Made by a program: the position numbers and the translations under genes. DNA of 22,156 nt. Source: Spirochaetales bacterium (GTDB lineage Bacteria > Spirochaetota > Spirochaetia > SZUA-6 > JAFGRV01). This document shows, one piece after another, positions 7,833 through 16,482 of this stretch. The notes beneath the pieces are model-generated. The model was not told where the DNA came from. It was given only the letters and a program-made list of their open reading frames with translations, and did not search any database. Where the stretch lies: NCBI GenBank assembly GCA_016937215.1, contig JAFGWI010000019.1:1-22156 (forward strand), written 5' to 3'. The stretch's first letter is position 1. Every line of letters starts with the position of its first letter.

Positions 7833-7862
7833 GTTCGACTATTTTTGAAAAAATAGTCGAAC
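7833..7862. promoter_or_regulatory. Perfect 14+14 bp palindrome gttcgactattttt-ga-aaaaatagtcgaac about 120 bp upstream of the ABC operon
   Basis: Read directly. Flanked by near-direct repeats ccttaacgcttt (7821-7832) and ccctaacgctttt (7875-7887). The AT-rich centre ctatttttgaaaaaatag is nearly the reverse complement of the palindrome at the head of element A (1568-1587). Candidate protein operator or element boundary. Confidence 0.5.
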
Positions 7863-7982
7863 ATGGCTTCAATCCCTAACGCTTTTAGCCGGGGTGCTGT
7901 TATTGGCTAGAGAGGCAGGAAGCATATATTCCGCTGACTTGCTTCCATCAAGGAAATCATAGATTTGGAAAAGGAGAGAACG

Positions 7983-8660
7983 ATGATACAAGTAAAAGAT
8001 GTAGAAAGGACCTATGTTGCTGGAGATACCAAGGTCCATGCCCTGAAAGGGGTCAGTTTATCGGTTAAAGAAGGGGAATTCCTTTCCATTGCCGGGCCTT
8101 CAGGGTCGGGGAAAACAACCCTTTTGAACATTATCGGATGCATTGATGATGCTGATAAGGGTGATGTGATTATTGATCAGGTGGATGTGCGCAGCAAAAA
8201 ACCCGATGAACTAGCCGTATTTCGCCGTGAAAAGCTGGGTTTTGTGTTTCAAACCTTTAATTTGATTCCTGTAATGTCTGCTTATGAAAATGTGGAAATG
8301 GTTTTGAAACTACTAAAGATTTCCGACGCTGAGGCCCGTGAAAGGACCATGGCCATTTTAAAAGAAGTTGGTCTGGAAGGTATGGAAGACAGACGCCCCA
8401 GCCGCTTGTCCGGAGGGCAGCAGCAGAGAGTGGCCATTGCCCGCGCTTTGGTAAAAAACCCGACCCTGGTGCTGGCTGATGAACCTACTGCCAATCTTGA
8501 TTCAGTAACAGGTAAAGCGGTTCTGGATATCATGAAGGCCATGAACAAAAAATACGGCACAGCTTTTATTTTTTCAACCCACGACAAAATGGTCATGGAT
8601 TTCGCGGAGCGTTTGGTTATGCTTCATGATGGCAAAATCGAAAGCGATAAAAGGAGGTAA
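7983..8660 (+). CDS. ABC transporter ATP-binding protein, MacB/LolD family
   Basis: Walker A GPSGSGKTT, signature LSGGQQQRVAIARAL, Walker B LVLADEPT, H-loop STHD. The ORF-track start at 7965 lacks an SD. The ATG at 7983 (MIQVKDVERTY) follows AAGGAGAG with a 5-nt spacer and is taken as the start. Confidence 0.9.
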   Translation: MIQVKDVERTYVAGDTKVHALKGVSLSVKEGEFLSIAGPSGSGKTTLLNIIGCIDDADKGDVIIDQVDVRSKKPDELAVFRREKLGFVFQTFNLIPVMSAYENVEMVLKLLKISDAEARERTMAILKEVGLEGMEDRRPSRLSGGQQQRVAIARALVKNPTLVLADEPTANLDSVTGKAVLDIMKAMNKKYGTAFIFSTHDKMVMDFAERLVMLHDGKIESDKRR

Positions 8661-8663
8661 GTT

Positions 8664-9938
8664 ATGGCTAAAGCCAAATTGCGGATGGGATATTTGTTTT
8701 CCTTTGCCGTAAAAAACCTGATGCGCTATAAAAAGCGCACGCTGATTACTGCTTCGGCTATTGCTTATGGGCTTTTGATGTTTTTATTGATTGACGGCAT
8801 GCTCACCGGAGCGGACAAGGAATCGGAACGCAATCTGATTTGGTATGAAACAGGAAGCGCCCGAATTTATAATAAGGAATATTGGGAGAATCGAGAAAAT
8901 GTTCCTGTTAAATACACAATCGATAATCCTGATGAAATCATGAAGGCCCTTGATGATCGAAATATCAAGGCAGCACCCCGCATTACCTTTGGCGCCGAGA
9001 TGATCATCTATGAAGATCCCTATCCTGAGTCGGGTAATAAATTTGTGCGTGCTGTTGGTGTGGATCTTGACAAAGACAGCCAGGTTTTTCAGCTTCAGGA
9101 CAAATTAGATGAAGGGCGTTTTCCCAAAGCCGGTGAATTTGAGGTTGTAATTGGCTCATGGCTGGCAAAGGACTTAGGAGCGGAATTGGGCTATCCTATC
9201 ACTGTTTCAACTCGAAGCAAAAACGGCTTTATTCAGACCTTTGATGTTGAAATAGTCGGTATTCTCACAACGCCTAACCCCATTGTTAACAAGAGCACAT
9301 TAATGATGCCCATTGATATTGTTGACGAGATGCTTTTAATGGAAGGCTCGGTAACGGAAATAAATATGGCTTTTTCGGAGATCGGGGATATTGATAAGCA
9401 GCTTGCTCCGATTCAAAAACTGATTGCTGATGTTAGTCCGAGCAACGAGGTTCTTTCGTGGAAGATCCTGGGAGCCGATTATCTGGCTATAGCATCCGCG
9501 AAACGTGAAGGAACCAGCTCCATTATTGGTTTGGTTTTTCTGATTGCCCTTATTGGTATTTCCAATACCATGCTCATGTCGTTATTTGAGCGCCGTCGTG
9601 AAATCGGAACCATGCGGGCCTTGGGCATGACTGATTTTGAGGTGATGATTTCCTTTTTGTTTGAAGCAGGTGGAATAGGTCTTTTGGGCGGTATTCTTGG
9701 TGTGATTTTGGGAATCGGCGCGAATTTTTATATGGTCAATTATGGCATTGATTTTACATCACTTATCGGTGATATGGATATTGGTTATCGAATTGCTACC
9801 GTGTTTAAATCAATATGGGTGATACCTTCATATTTTCTGTCGGTGCTTATGGGTTTTGGCCTTTCAGTTCTGATCGCGATTTTACCAACACGCAAGGCCT
9901 TGAAAGTTTCCATTACAGAATGCCTGCGGGCGGAATAA
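8664..9938 (+). CDS. ABC transporter permease, FtsX/MacB-type (LolC/E-like architecture), 424 aa
   Basis: One N-terminal TM helix, a roughly 220-aa periplasmic domain, then three C-terminal TM helices containing the FtsX signature region (SLFERRREIGTMRALGMT). Starts 4 nt after the ATPase stop. Confidence 0.85.
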   Translation: MAKAKLRMGYLFSFAVKNLMRYKKRTLITASAIAYGLLMFLLIDGMLTGADKESERNLIWYETGSARIYNKEYWENRENVPVKYTIDNPDEIMKALDDRNIKAAPRITFGAEMIIYEDPYPESGNKFVRAVGVDLDKDSQVFQLQDKLDEGRFPKAGEFEVVIGSWLAKDLGAELGYPITVSTRSKNGFIQTFDVEIVGILTTPNPIVNKSTLMMPIDIVDEMLLMEGSVTEINMAFSEIGDIDKQLAPIQKLIADVSPSNEVLSWKILGADYLAIASAKREGTSSIIGLVFLIALIGISNTMLMSLFERRREIGTMRALGMTDFEVMISFLFEAGGIGLLGGILGVILGIGANFYMVNYGIDFTSLIGDMDIGYRIATVFKSIWVIPSYFLSVLMGFGLSVLIAILPTRKALKVSITECLRAE

Positions 9939-9950
9939 GGAGGATATTTT

Positions 9951-11213
9951 ATGAATACCTATGTTGTGGCGTGGAGAAATATTGGAAGAAACAAACGGCG
10001 CACAGCTCTTTCAGCTGTTGCTATTACAGTTGCTGCCTTTGGCATGGTTCTTCTTTTCAGTATTATCGCAGGATTAAGTTTTGAAATGCAGGATAATTTT
10101 GTCCGCTATATTACCGGTGATATTTTGATAGAGCATGAGGAATTTGAAAAATATCAGGACATAAATCCTCTGCATTTTTATGTTCCCGATCAAGAGGAAT
10201 TGATCAAAAAAATGGAGGCTCTTGAGGGCGTAGCCCATGCTTTTCCTCGAATCAATTTTGGAGGCCAACTCTACAGTCAGGCTAGTATCGGAGAATTTAA
10301 GCGGGTTTCGATATTTGGTTTTGACCCGGTTGCCGAATCTGATACCATGAATATGACGTCCCATTTGGTTCCTGAAACCAACAGCCAAATGCCGGCGGCG
10401 AATTCACGGGAGGTTATCATAAGTGAAGGGCTGGCTAAAAGGGAAGGCTTAAAGGTTGGTGATAAAATCAATCTGGCTACCATGACTGTCCGAAGGGCTG
10501 CTTTTCAGATTACCATGAAAATTTCCGGAATCGCTTATTTTGATTTTTCACAAATGAATGAAGGCATTGTTTTTATTCCTTTTGATTTGGCTCAATATAT
10601 CGTTGATTATTCCGGATTTGACGGAGCCATGAGCGTTAATGTCGTGAAAAAGACCAATGTTGAACGAGGTGATCTGGAAAAACAAATTAATGATGTGTTA
10701 AAAACTGAAAGCGCATATCAGGGGATTACAGCAAGGGCTTTTGAAAACGTATCGACCATTTATTCTTTTTTAAAAATGGCAGAATACATTTATTATTTTA
10801 TGGGGTTACTCTTCTTTTTGCTGGCCTCTACAGTTATTATTAATACAACCATGATGGTAATTTTTGAACGCACCAGGGAAATCGGAACATTGTCAGCTCT
10901 GGGTATGAAAGGCAAGGAAATTGTCAGATTGTTTTTTACTGAAGCCCTTATTATCGCCATTATAGGCAGCTTGGTGGGGGTCGTAATTGGCACAGCTATG
11001 GCGATTTGGCTGGAACCAACGGGTTTTGATTTTAAGGAGGCCATGCAGGGTGTGGATTTCCAGATTTCCGGTATGATGAAGCCTAAATGGAACCCGGTTA
11101 TCGCTATTTTTGTGTTAGCCGCCGGTATTGTTGTATCTTCATTTGCAGCCTATTTTCCGGCAAAGCGGGCTTCCCGGATCAAACCCATAGAGGCTATGCG
11201 TAAGGATTATTAA
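9951..11213 (+). CDS. Second ABC transporter permease, FtsX/MacB-type, 420 aa
   Basis: Same topology. FtsX motif IFERTREIGTLSALGMK. GGAGG SD before the ATG. Heteromeric two-permease plus separate-ATPase organisation, as in LolCDE-type systems. Confidence 0.85.
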   Translation: MNTYVVAWRNIGRNKRRTALSAVAITVAAFGMVLLFSIIAGLSFEMQDNFVRYITGDILIEHEEFEKYQDINPLHFYVPDQEELIKKMEALEGVAHAFPRINFGGQLYSQASIGEFKRVSIFGFDPVAESDTMNMTSHLVPETNSQMPAANSREVIISEGLAKREGLKVGDKINLATMTVRRAAFQITMKISGIAYFDFSQMNEGIVFIPFDLAQYIVDYSGFDGAMSVNVVKKTNVERGDLEKQINDVLKTESAYQGITARAFENVSTIYSFLKMAEYIYYFMGLLFFLLASTVIINTTMMVIFERTREIGTLSALGMKGKEIVRLFFTEALIIAIIGSLVGVVIGTAMAIWLEPTGFDFKEAMQGVDFQISGMMKPKWNPVIAIFVLAAGIVVSSFAAYFPAKRASRIKPIEAMRKDY

Positions 11214-11261
11214 ATATCTGGGCCTCTTTTATAAAGGGGCCTATTGAAAACGGAGGTAATG

Positions 11262-11990
11262 ATGAAAAAAATATTATCAGTCATAATTATTTTATTTTTA
11301 ACAGGAGCGCTTTTCGGTCAGACAGCTGAAGAGATCATTAAACGGATGGAATCTAACCAGATCAAGGACACGGCCTATTCCGAAGGGAAGATCATTGTAA
11401 AGGACAGATTTGGTGAAAAGATAACAAGCTTTAATTCATGGACCAAGGGCGAAGAATTGTCCTTGATTGAGTTTACGTCTCGCGCGGAACGGGGACAAAA
11501 GATTCTTCGAACAGAAGATGTGATTTATGTCTTTTTTCCCGATGCCGAAGAAGTCATGCCTATTGGCGGAGCGGCTCTTCGTGATTCGGTCGTCGGGTCT
11601 GACCTTTCCTATGAAGATATGACAGGCGACAAGGGTTTGCTTGATTCCTATGATGTCGCGCTGCTTGGTTCTGAGGCAATAGACGGCCATGACTGTTTTC
11701 ATATCACCATGAAAGCAAAATCACCTACTGTGCCTTATCCGAAACAGGATGTTTGGGTGGACAAAAAAATCTATGCCTGGCGTTTGGTGCGGAAGTATTC
11801 GCTCTCCGACCGCTTGATCAAGGAAATTAAAATCAACACGATCGAAAATATCGAGGGGAGTTACATTCCCATGGACATGACGATTCAGGATAAACTGAAG
11901 AAGAATTCCTCTACCCGTTTTATTATAGAAAAGATTCAGTTTAACATCAAAATAGATGAGTCTTTTTTCTCGCTTGAGGAACTCTACTAA
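11262..11990 (+). CDS. LolA-like periplasmic protein (outer-membrane lipoprotein-sorting-protein-like family)
   Basis: Cleavable signal peptide MKKILSVIIILFLTGALFGQ. About 220-aa mature protein, the size of LolA-fold proteins, and sited directly after the FtsX permeases. The ORF-track start at 11244 is a TTG. The ATG at 11262 follows GGAGG (11252-11256) with a 5-nt spacer. Family assignment is from memory of similar proteins and is not computed. Confidence 0.5.
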   Translation: MKKILSVIIILFLTGALFGQTAEEIIKRMESNQIKDTAYSEGKIIVKDRFGEKITSFNSWTKGEELSLIEFTSRAERGQKILRTEDVIYVFFPDAEEVMPIGGAALRDSVVGSDLSYEDMTGDKGLLDSYDVALLGSEAIDGHDCFHITMKAKSPTVPYPKQDVWVDKKIYAWRLVRKYSLSDRLIKEIKINTIENIEGSYIPMDMTIQDKLKKNSSTRFIIEKIQFNIKIDESFFSLEELY

Positions 11991-13135
11991 TGGTTTTTCG
12001 ACGCTGTTTGTTTATCTTTTTTTTACTGGTTCCCGGCTGTTTCCTTTTTGGAGACAGCTGGAATACCATTACTTTGGATTTATCAAACACCTTTACCCGG
12101 GATGCGAAGGATAATTATTATTTACTTCCCGGGGGAAAAGCCTCCATGAGTTTTGAGATGGACAGCGATCGTAATATCAAGGGCGGGATTGAATTAAGTC
12201 TGGACGCCGGGCTTTCCTTTCCCCTTGTTCTGGATCGTTTGTTCATCAAGGCGAGGTTTGACGATTTGCGCCTGACCATGGGAAAAACACGGCTTCCCTG
12301 GGGGCGGGGGTTTTTCTTTAACGCCGGTGATATTATCTGGGATTCCACCAGCCTTGTCACGGATTTGGCTGCCCAGGAATTTCGTACCGATGCTTCGTTT
12401 TTGTTCAGCCCCTATTTTTCCTTGGGACGCTTTACTTTTCTTGAAGCGGTTGTGCTGACCCCGGACATAGACCCTGTGGACATGGCGGCAGCTCAGCTTG
12501 CAGGGATGCCTCCGGAATTACCCCTGTCACATGAACTCAGGGCCGGCCTTCACGGCCAGACAAAATTTTTTGGCGCTGACATCGAGGCAGCCTATCTGTT
12601 TGAAGGTGCCCACGTCATCGATGAGGCTGACCACAAGGCCATGGTCAGCCTCTTTCTCAGCCCCTATATGGACCTTTATGCTTCGGTCAGTTCCCGGCTG
12701 CCCCAAAGCCTGGGTGATTCGGAAAGCTATGGTGAGGTTTTTTATGATAACCTTCAGTTTTCATTTGGTACTTTTTACAGCCACAGCTTTGAGTCCGGGG
12801 CTTCTCTTTCAGGGCGCCTTGAAACATTGCTGTTTCCCTCAAAGGAATTCAAAGCCCTTAGCATTGATGAGAGAGCAGCCGGTGACACCTATGCCTTGTA
12901 TTTATATCCGGAAATATCCTTTGCTCCGGAGCCGATTATGCAGTTTTTTTTACGCGCTATTCTTTCACCCGTGGACCTCAGCACTATTATCATGCTGGGG
13001 GGCAATTTTGAAACCTATCAGAACCTGGTTTTTTACATAGCTTCAAGTTTGATGCTTGGTGAAGAGGAGGACCTTTTCTGTTTTGAAAATAATGGTGGAT
13101 TTTCAATTAAAACCGGTATCAGCTATGTTTATTAA
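11990..13135 (+). CDS. Putative outer-membrane beta-barrel protein, 381 aa
   Basis: N-terminal signal peptide MVFRRCLFIFFLLVPGCFLFG. C-terminal GISYVY with a terminal aromatic residue and alternating hydrophobics (beta-signal-like). Its start overlaps the stop of the LolA-like gene (TAATG), indicating translational coupling. The internal +2-frame ORF 12498..13040 is spurious. Confidence 0.45.
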   Translation: MVFRRCLFIFFLLVPGCFLFGDSWNTITLDLSNTFTRDAKDNYYLLPGGKASMSFEMDSDRNIKGGIELSLDAGLSFPLVLDRLFIKARFDDLRLTMGKTRLPWGRGFFFNAGDIIWDSTSLVTDLAAQEFRTDASFLFSPYFSLGRFTFLEAVVLTPDIDPVDMAAAQLAGMPPELPLSHELRAGLHGQTKFFGADIEAAYLFEGAHVIDEADHKAMVSLFLSPYMDLYASVSSRLPQSLGDSESYGEVFYDNLQFSFGTFYSHSFESGASLSGRLETLLFPSKEFKALSIDERAAGDTYALYLYPEISFAPEPIMQFFLRAILSPVDLSTIIMLGGNFETYQNLVFYIASSLMLGEEEDLFCFENNGGFSIKTGISYVY

Positions 13136-13172
13136 AAAAGCCATTTAGTAAGCAGCCCTTACTATTTCTCGG

Positions 13173-13233
13173 AGGTGGTGTTAGCTCTTGTCTCTTTTTC
13201 AAAGCGAAAGGGAGATTAACACCGCCTTTTTTC
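13173..13233 (+). terminator. Rho-independent terminator of the ABC/LolA-like/OMP operon
   Basis: Stem ggtggtgttag (13173-13183) pairing with ttaacaccgcc (13216-13226) with G-U wobbles, followed by ttttttc (13227-13233). Confidence 0.55.
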
Positions 13234-13278
13234 ATTGGCTATTGTGCTGAATGTGTTAGTGATTGGAGCTGTGAGGAG

Positions 13279-13397
13279 GTTTTTTTCAAAAAACCGACGA
13301 AAAGCTTTTTGCCGCGTTTTTAGCGGCAAAAACTTCGGAGCGAAAGCGGAGCAGTGGAATGAACGGCCCCGGAAGGGTGTTTTTGTGCCGGTTTTTT
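13279..13397 (+). ncRNA. Candidate structured RNA/regulatory element, copy B (paralogue of 1564-1735)
   Basis: Palindrome ggttttttt-c-aaaaaacc (13279-13296). Hairpin ttgccgc-gttttta-gcggcaa (13309-13329). cttcgg + agcgaaagcggag (13333-13351). T6 run at 13392-13397. Same order and spacing as copy A, with compensatory changes in the 7-bp hairpin. Confidence 0.3.
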
Positions 13398-13556
13398 GCC
13401 CAGGTTATAATTACTATTTCGCGGAAGCGTATAAAGAATCCAGTTTGCTGTAAAAACGCGGGCAAAACCATTTTGAATAGCAATAATGTTACGGCACAGG
13501 ATTCCCTTCCGGGGAAACACCCCAGAGAGTAAAATGATTTATATGGCCGCGTAATT

Positions 13557-15167
13557 TTATTTGGAATAATATTGAAGCAGTTTCACGAAAAAATAGATTT
13601 TTTTGTAGATTTCAGCCAGTTGGTTTTGTATGGTGTTATCTGAATGTGTTTCAATTTCCTTCCAGTTGATGATGATCTCGGGCGGTTCGGTTCTGCAATC
13701 GTCGAGCATTTGTTTGAGGCTTTTCCCAAGGGTAATCAAGTGCTGGGCGGTTTCGAAAACAATGCGTTTGGCGTCATCGTTGATTTCCTTGAGCATTTGC
13801 CGCAGCGTGCGGTCGAATTTTTTGTCCTTGTCTGCCCGCAGAGCCACTTGTTTCAGTTTTTGCCGGATACTGCTTTCCTCTGCCAGGCTGTTGTCAAATT
13901 CGATCAGGTCATCGGATAGTTGCACAAGCTGATGAAAGGTGTCGGACAATTGCTGTGATAACAGATTTGAGGTCCATTTGCCGCGAACCAGTAAGAGATC
14001 AACCACTTCACGTACGTCCTTTTTACAGTAGTCGATAAGAAAAGCGCGAAGATAATTCATGGGAGTCACATAAATAAAACCAGCCAGTATTTTCTTTTTA
14101 AACATGGTGTTGGTGTTTTCGCTGTAGTTTTTCATTCGCGAGATACTGGTGGTCCCGAAAACCCGGACGCACAATTCATCGATATTTTTGCTTCGTTTTT
14201 CATGGGAGAGTTTCTGAAGTGTCAATTCTGTCTGGGTTTTCATTTTGCTTAAATAGGGTTCAACGATTTTGTTGCGTTCGATATGGGGCGATATTTTGAA
14301 AAAGGGATCGTTGTCAATGTGTCGGATGATTTGTTCGAAGACTCCGCTTTTTTGAACATCGTGAAGCTGTTTGAGAATTTTTTTGAGACCTGTTCTGGAA
14401 ACCACTTCAACGCCGCGGTATTCCTTGAGGGTGTCCTGGATGTAATCCCAATTTATCGGGCGGTCCAGCATAAAAGCCACGTCAATAAAGTCCTTGAGTT
14501 CATCAGTGATATATTCTCCGCCGATGGCTTCAAAATTGGGTTTGTAGAAAAAATTGCCTTCAGGCAGGGCGGAATCAAATTTGCGTAAAAAGAAGTAATA
14601 GTCAAAGTGCACCAGATTCAGGAATTGTTGCAGAAAATTGTAATTGCCGTTAATGCTTTTGGCTTTTTCCGAATCAAAGCCGGTAAAAAAGCGAATCATT
14701 TCTTCTTTGAGTTCTTCGGTAAGCTGATTGATCTCAGTGATTTTGACACGCTCCCGAATGGCATCTTCGGTGAAATTATTTTTGACCTCAGCCTGATCCT
14801 TGGTTAAAAAAGATTCTATTACAATGGTTTTTAAGGCAGCTGATGATTCCGCGTGATTCACCATGGCCTGGGCAGGACCCAGAACCTTGTAGAATTCATA
14901 GAAAAACTTGGCCAGGCCTGGCAGAACATTGCGGTTTTTAGGATTATAAAATTTCTGCCTGTTTTTTTTGAGCCATTTACCGATTTCCTTCAAGGCCCTT
15001 TGTTTCCGGAAGTTTGGATCGGCTTGGCCGGTTATAAAAGCAATAACCTTCTGGAAAAAATTGAGATTCTCGGTTTTTGGTTCTTCCTTGACAACTGGTT
15101 CCTGATCAGGAAGATTTTCACTATCTGCCATATGATTAATGCTAAGAAAATCAGCCCTTTCTGTCAA
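13557..15167 (-). CDS. Hypothetical protein, 536 aa, predicted cytoplasmic, Lys/Glu-rich, no recognised domain
   Basis: Long uninterrupted ORF with no signal peptide and no nucleotide-binding or catalytic motif recognisable by eye. Monocistronic; flanked by convergent and divergent neighbours. Confidence 0.55.
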   Translation of the reverse strand: MTERADFLSINHMADSENLPDQEPVVKEEPKTENLNFFQKVIAFITGQADPNFRKQRALKEIGKWLKKNRQKFYNPKNRNVLPGLAKFFYEFYKVLGPAQAMVNHAESSAALKTIVIESFLTKDQAEVKNNFTEDAIRERVKITEINQLTEELKEEMIRFFTGFDSEKAKSINGNYNFLQQFLNLVHFDYYFFLRKFDSALPEGNFFYKPNFEAIGGEYITDELKDFIDVAFMLDRPINWDYIQDTLKEYRGVEVVSRTGLKKILKQLHDVQKSGVFEQIIRHIDNDPFFKISPHIERNKIVEPYLSKMKTQTELTLQKLSHEKRSKNIDELCVRVFGTTSISRMKNYSENTNTMFKKKILAGFIYVTPMNYLRAFLIDYCKKDVREVVDLLLVRGKWTSNLLSQQLSDTFHQLVQLSDDLIEFDNSLAEESSIRQKLKQVALRADKDKKFDRTLRQMLKEINDDAKRIVFETAQHLITLGKSLKQMLDDCRTEPPEIIINWKEIETHSDNTIQNQLAEIYKKIYFFVKLLQYYSK

Positions 15168-15399
15168 ATTTTGATATTCCTAAAGCTGATTAAAACAAGG
15201 ATAAATTTACCCGGCTTTATTTACACTTGAAATTATCTGTAAAAATAATGATTTTTGCTATTTTTTAAGAGCTTCATTATCCCTGGCAAGAAATTTTTAT
15301 CAGCACATTTGGATAAATCACTTTGCTCAAATGTAAATTCGCTGAATTTTACAGCCTTGTCTTCCTCCTCTTATCATTATCGTTTAAAATACTGGTAAA

Positions 15400-16425
15400 A
15401 TGCAAAAGAAAAAAAGAAAATTGCTTTTAAATTCTCTTGTTTCTGACCAGAAATTTTCCCTGTATGCCATTTTGTCCTTTTATGAACTAATGAAGCGGCT
15501 GGAAATTCAGGGCCCGGCCCGCTTTGCTTTTGATTATCTTCGGAAATGGCAAAATCAGTATTGTAATGGAAGGGGAGAGGAGCTCACTGTGGTCATGGTG
15601 GCTTTGGCTTTTCCGAATATCCATTTGGAACCTGAACCGCCTTATTGTTACGCTGAAATAGCTCCCTTTGGACGGGCCCATTTTTACCGTGAGCTGATGG
15701 ATAGGCTGAAAGCCCTTTCTTCTGATCTTCGAAAGGAATTGGGGCTTTCCCGGAAGGATATTCAACTTTTCTCTAATTCCCGCTTTCCGGAAAAACCCAT
15801 GGCCTGGGCCGCGGGGCTTGGGTTTTTAGGCAAAAATACTTTATTGATTCATCCTGAAATAGGATCTTCCATGGTTTTGGGTGGCATGATCGTGAATTTT
15901 GCTTGGGACGATGAGGAGGCCCCTGTACTTCCGCTTCAAAGCCAATGCGGTGACTGCCGGCTTTGCATCCAGGCCTGTCCCCAGGGGGCCTTGAGGCAGG
16001 AGAATGGCCTTGTTCTTGAACGCTGTTTACAGCATTTGTCTAGCTCTGAAACTATCTGGCCAGGGACTGTGAAAGCTAAATGGGGCCGCCGTTTTTATGG
16101 CTGTGAGCTTTGTCAGGAGGTTTGTCCTTTTTACAAGAGAGTTTCAGGGCCAGTGAGCCATTTTCCCGGTTACCTTGGCCCCTATGTTGATCTGGAGCAT
16201 TTGCTAAGCCTTGATCCATCGGCCTTAAGGGCTTATCTGAAACCATCAGTACTTGGCCGAAGCTGGATACCGGTTCGCGCTCTTTATCGAAATGCCATCA
16301 TCGCCCTTCAAGGCCAGGATTTCAGGGCGTTTGAAGAACGCCTGAAATCCTTGGCCTCTGGTGCGGATGAACTCCTGGCTGATGCCGCGAAGTGGCTTTT
16401 GAAGCAGCCTCGGCGAAAGCAATAA
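15400..16425 (+). CDS. queG: Epoxyqueuosine reductase
   Basis: Two 4Fe-4S ferredoxin-type clusters CGDCRLCIQACP and CELCQEVCPF in the C-terminal half, an N-terminal DUF1730-like region, and a length of about 340 aa. Confidence 0.8.
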   Translation: MQKKKRKLLLNSLVSDQKFSLYAILSFYELMKRLEIQGPARFAFDYLRKWQNQYCNGRGEELTVVMVALAFPNIHLEPEPPYCYAEIAPFGRAHFYRELMDRLKALSSDLRKELGLSRKDIQLFSNSRFPEKPMAWAAGLGFLGKNTLLIHPEIGSSMVLGGMIVNFAWDDEEAPVLPLQSQCGDCRLCIQACPQGALRQENGLVLERCLQHLSSSETIWPGTVKAKWGRRFYGCELCQEVCPFYKRVSGPVSHFPGYLGPYVDLEHLLSLDPSALRAYLKPSVLGRSWIPVRALYRNAIIALQGQDFRAFEERLKSLASGADELLADAAKWLLKQPRRKQ

Positions 16426-16482
16426 CCGCGGACTAGGCCTTCAGGAGGCTCGCGGCTATGGGTTATCGGCTTAGGATCAGGA

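Noticed and set aside
7360-7964. tRNA or other canonical RNA gene in the long intergenic region
   Set aside because: No GGTTCGANTCC-type T-loop or cloverleaf arrangement found by eye. The structures are long perfect inverted repeats, not tRNA-like.
7965-7982. ORF-track start codons at 7965 (ABC ATPase), 11244 (LolA-like, TTG), 20015 (mnmA, TTG) and 22039 (repeat protein, GTG)
   Set aside because: Downstream in-frame ATGs at 7983, 11262 and 19997 have canonical SD spacing and give canonical N-termini. 22039 is an internal Val codon of an ORF that is open to the window edge.
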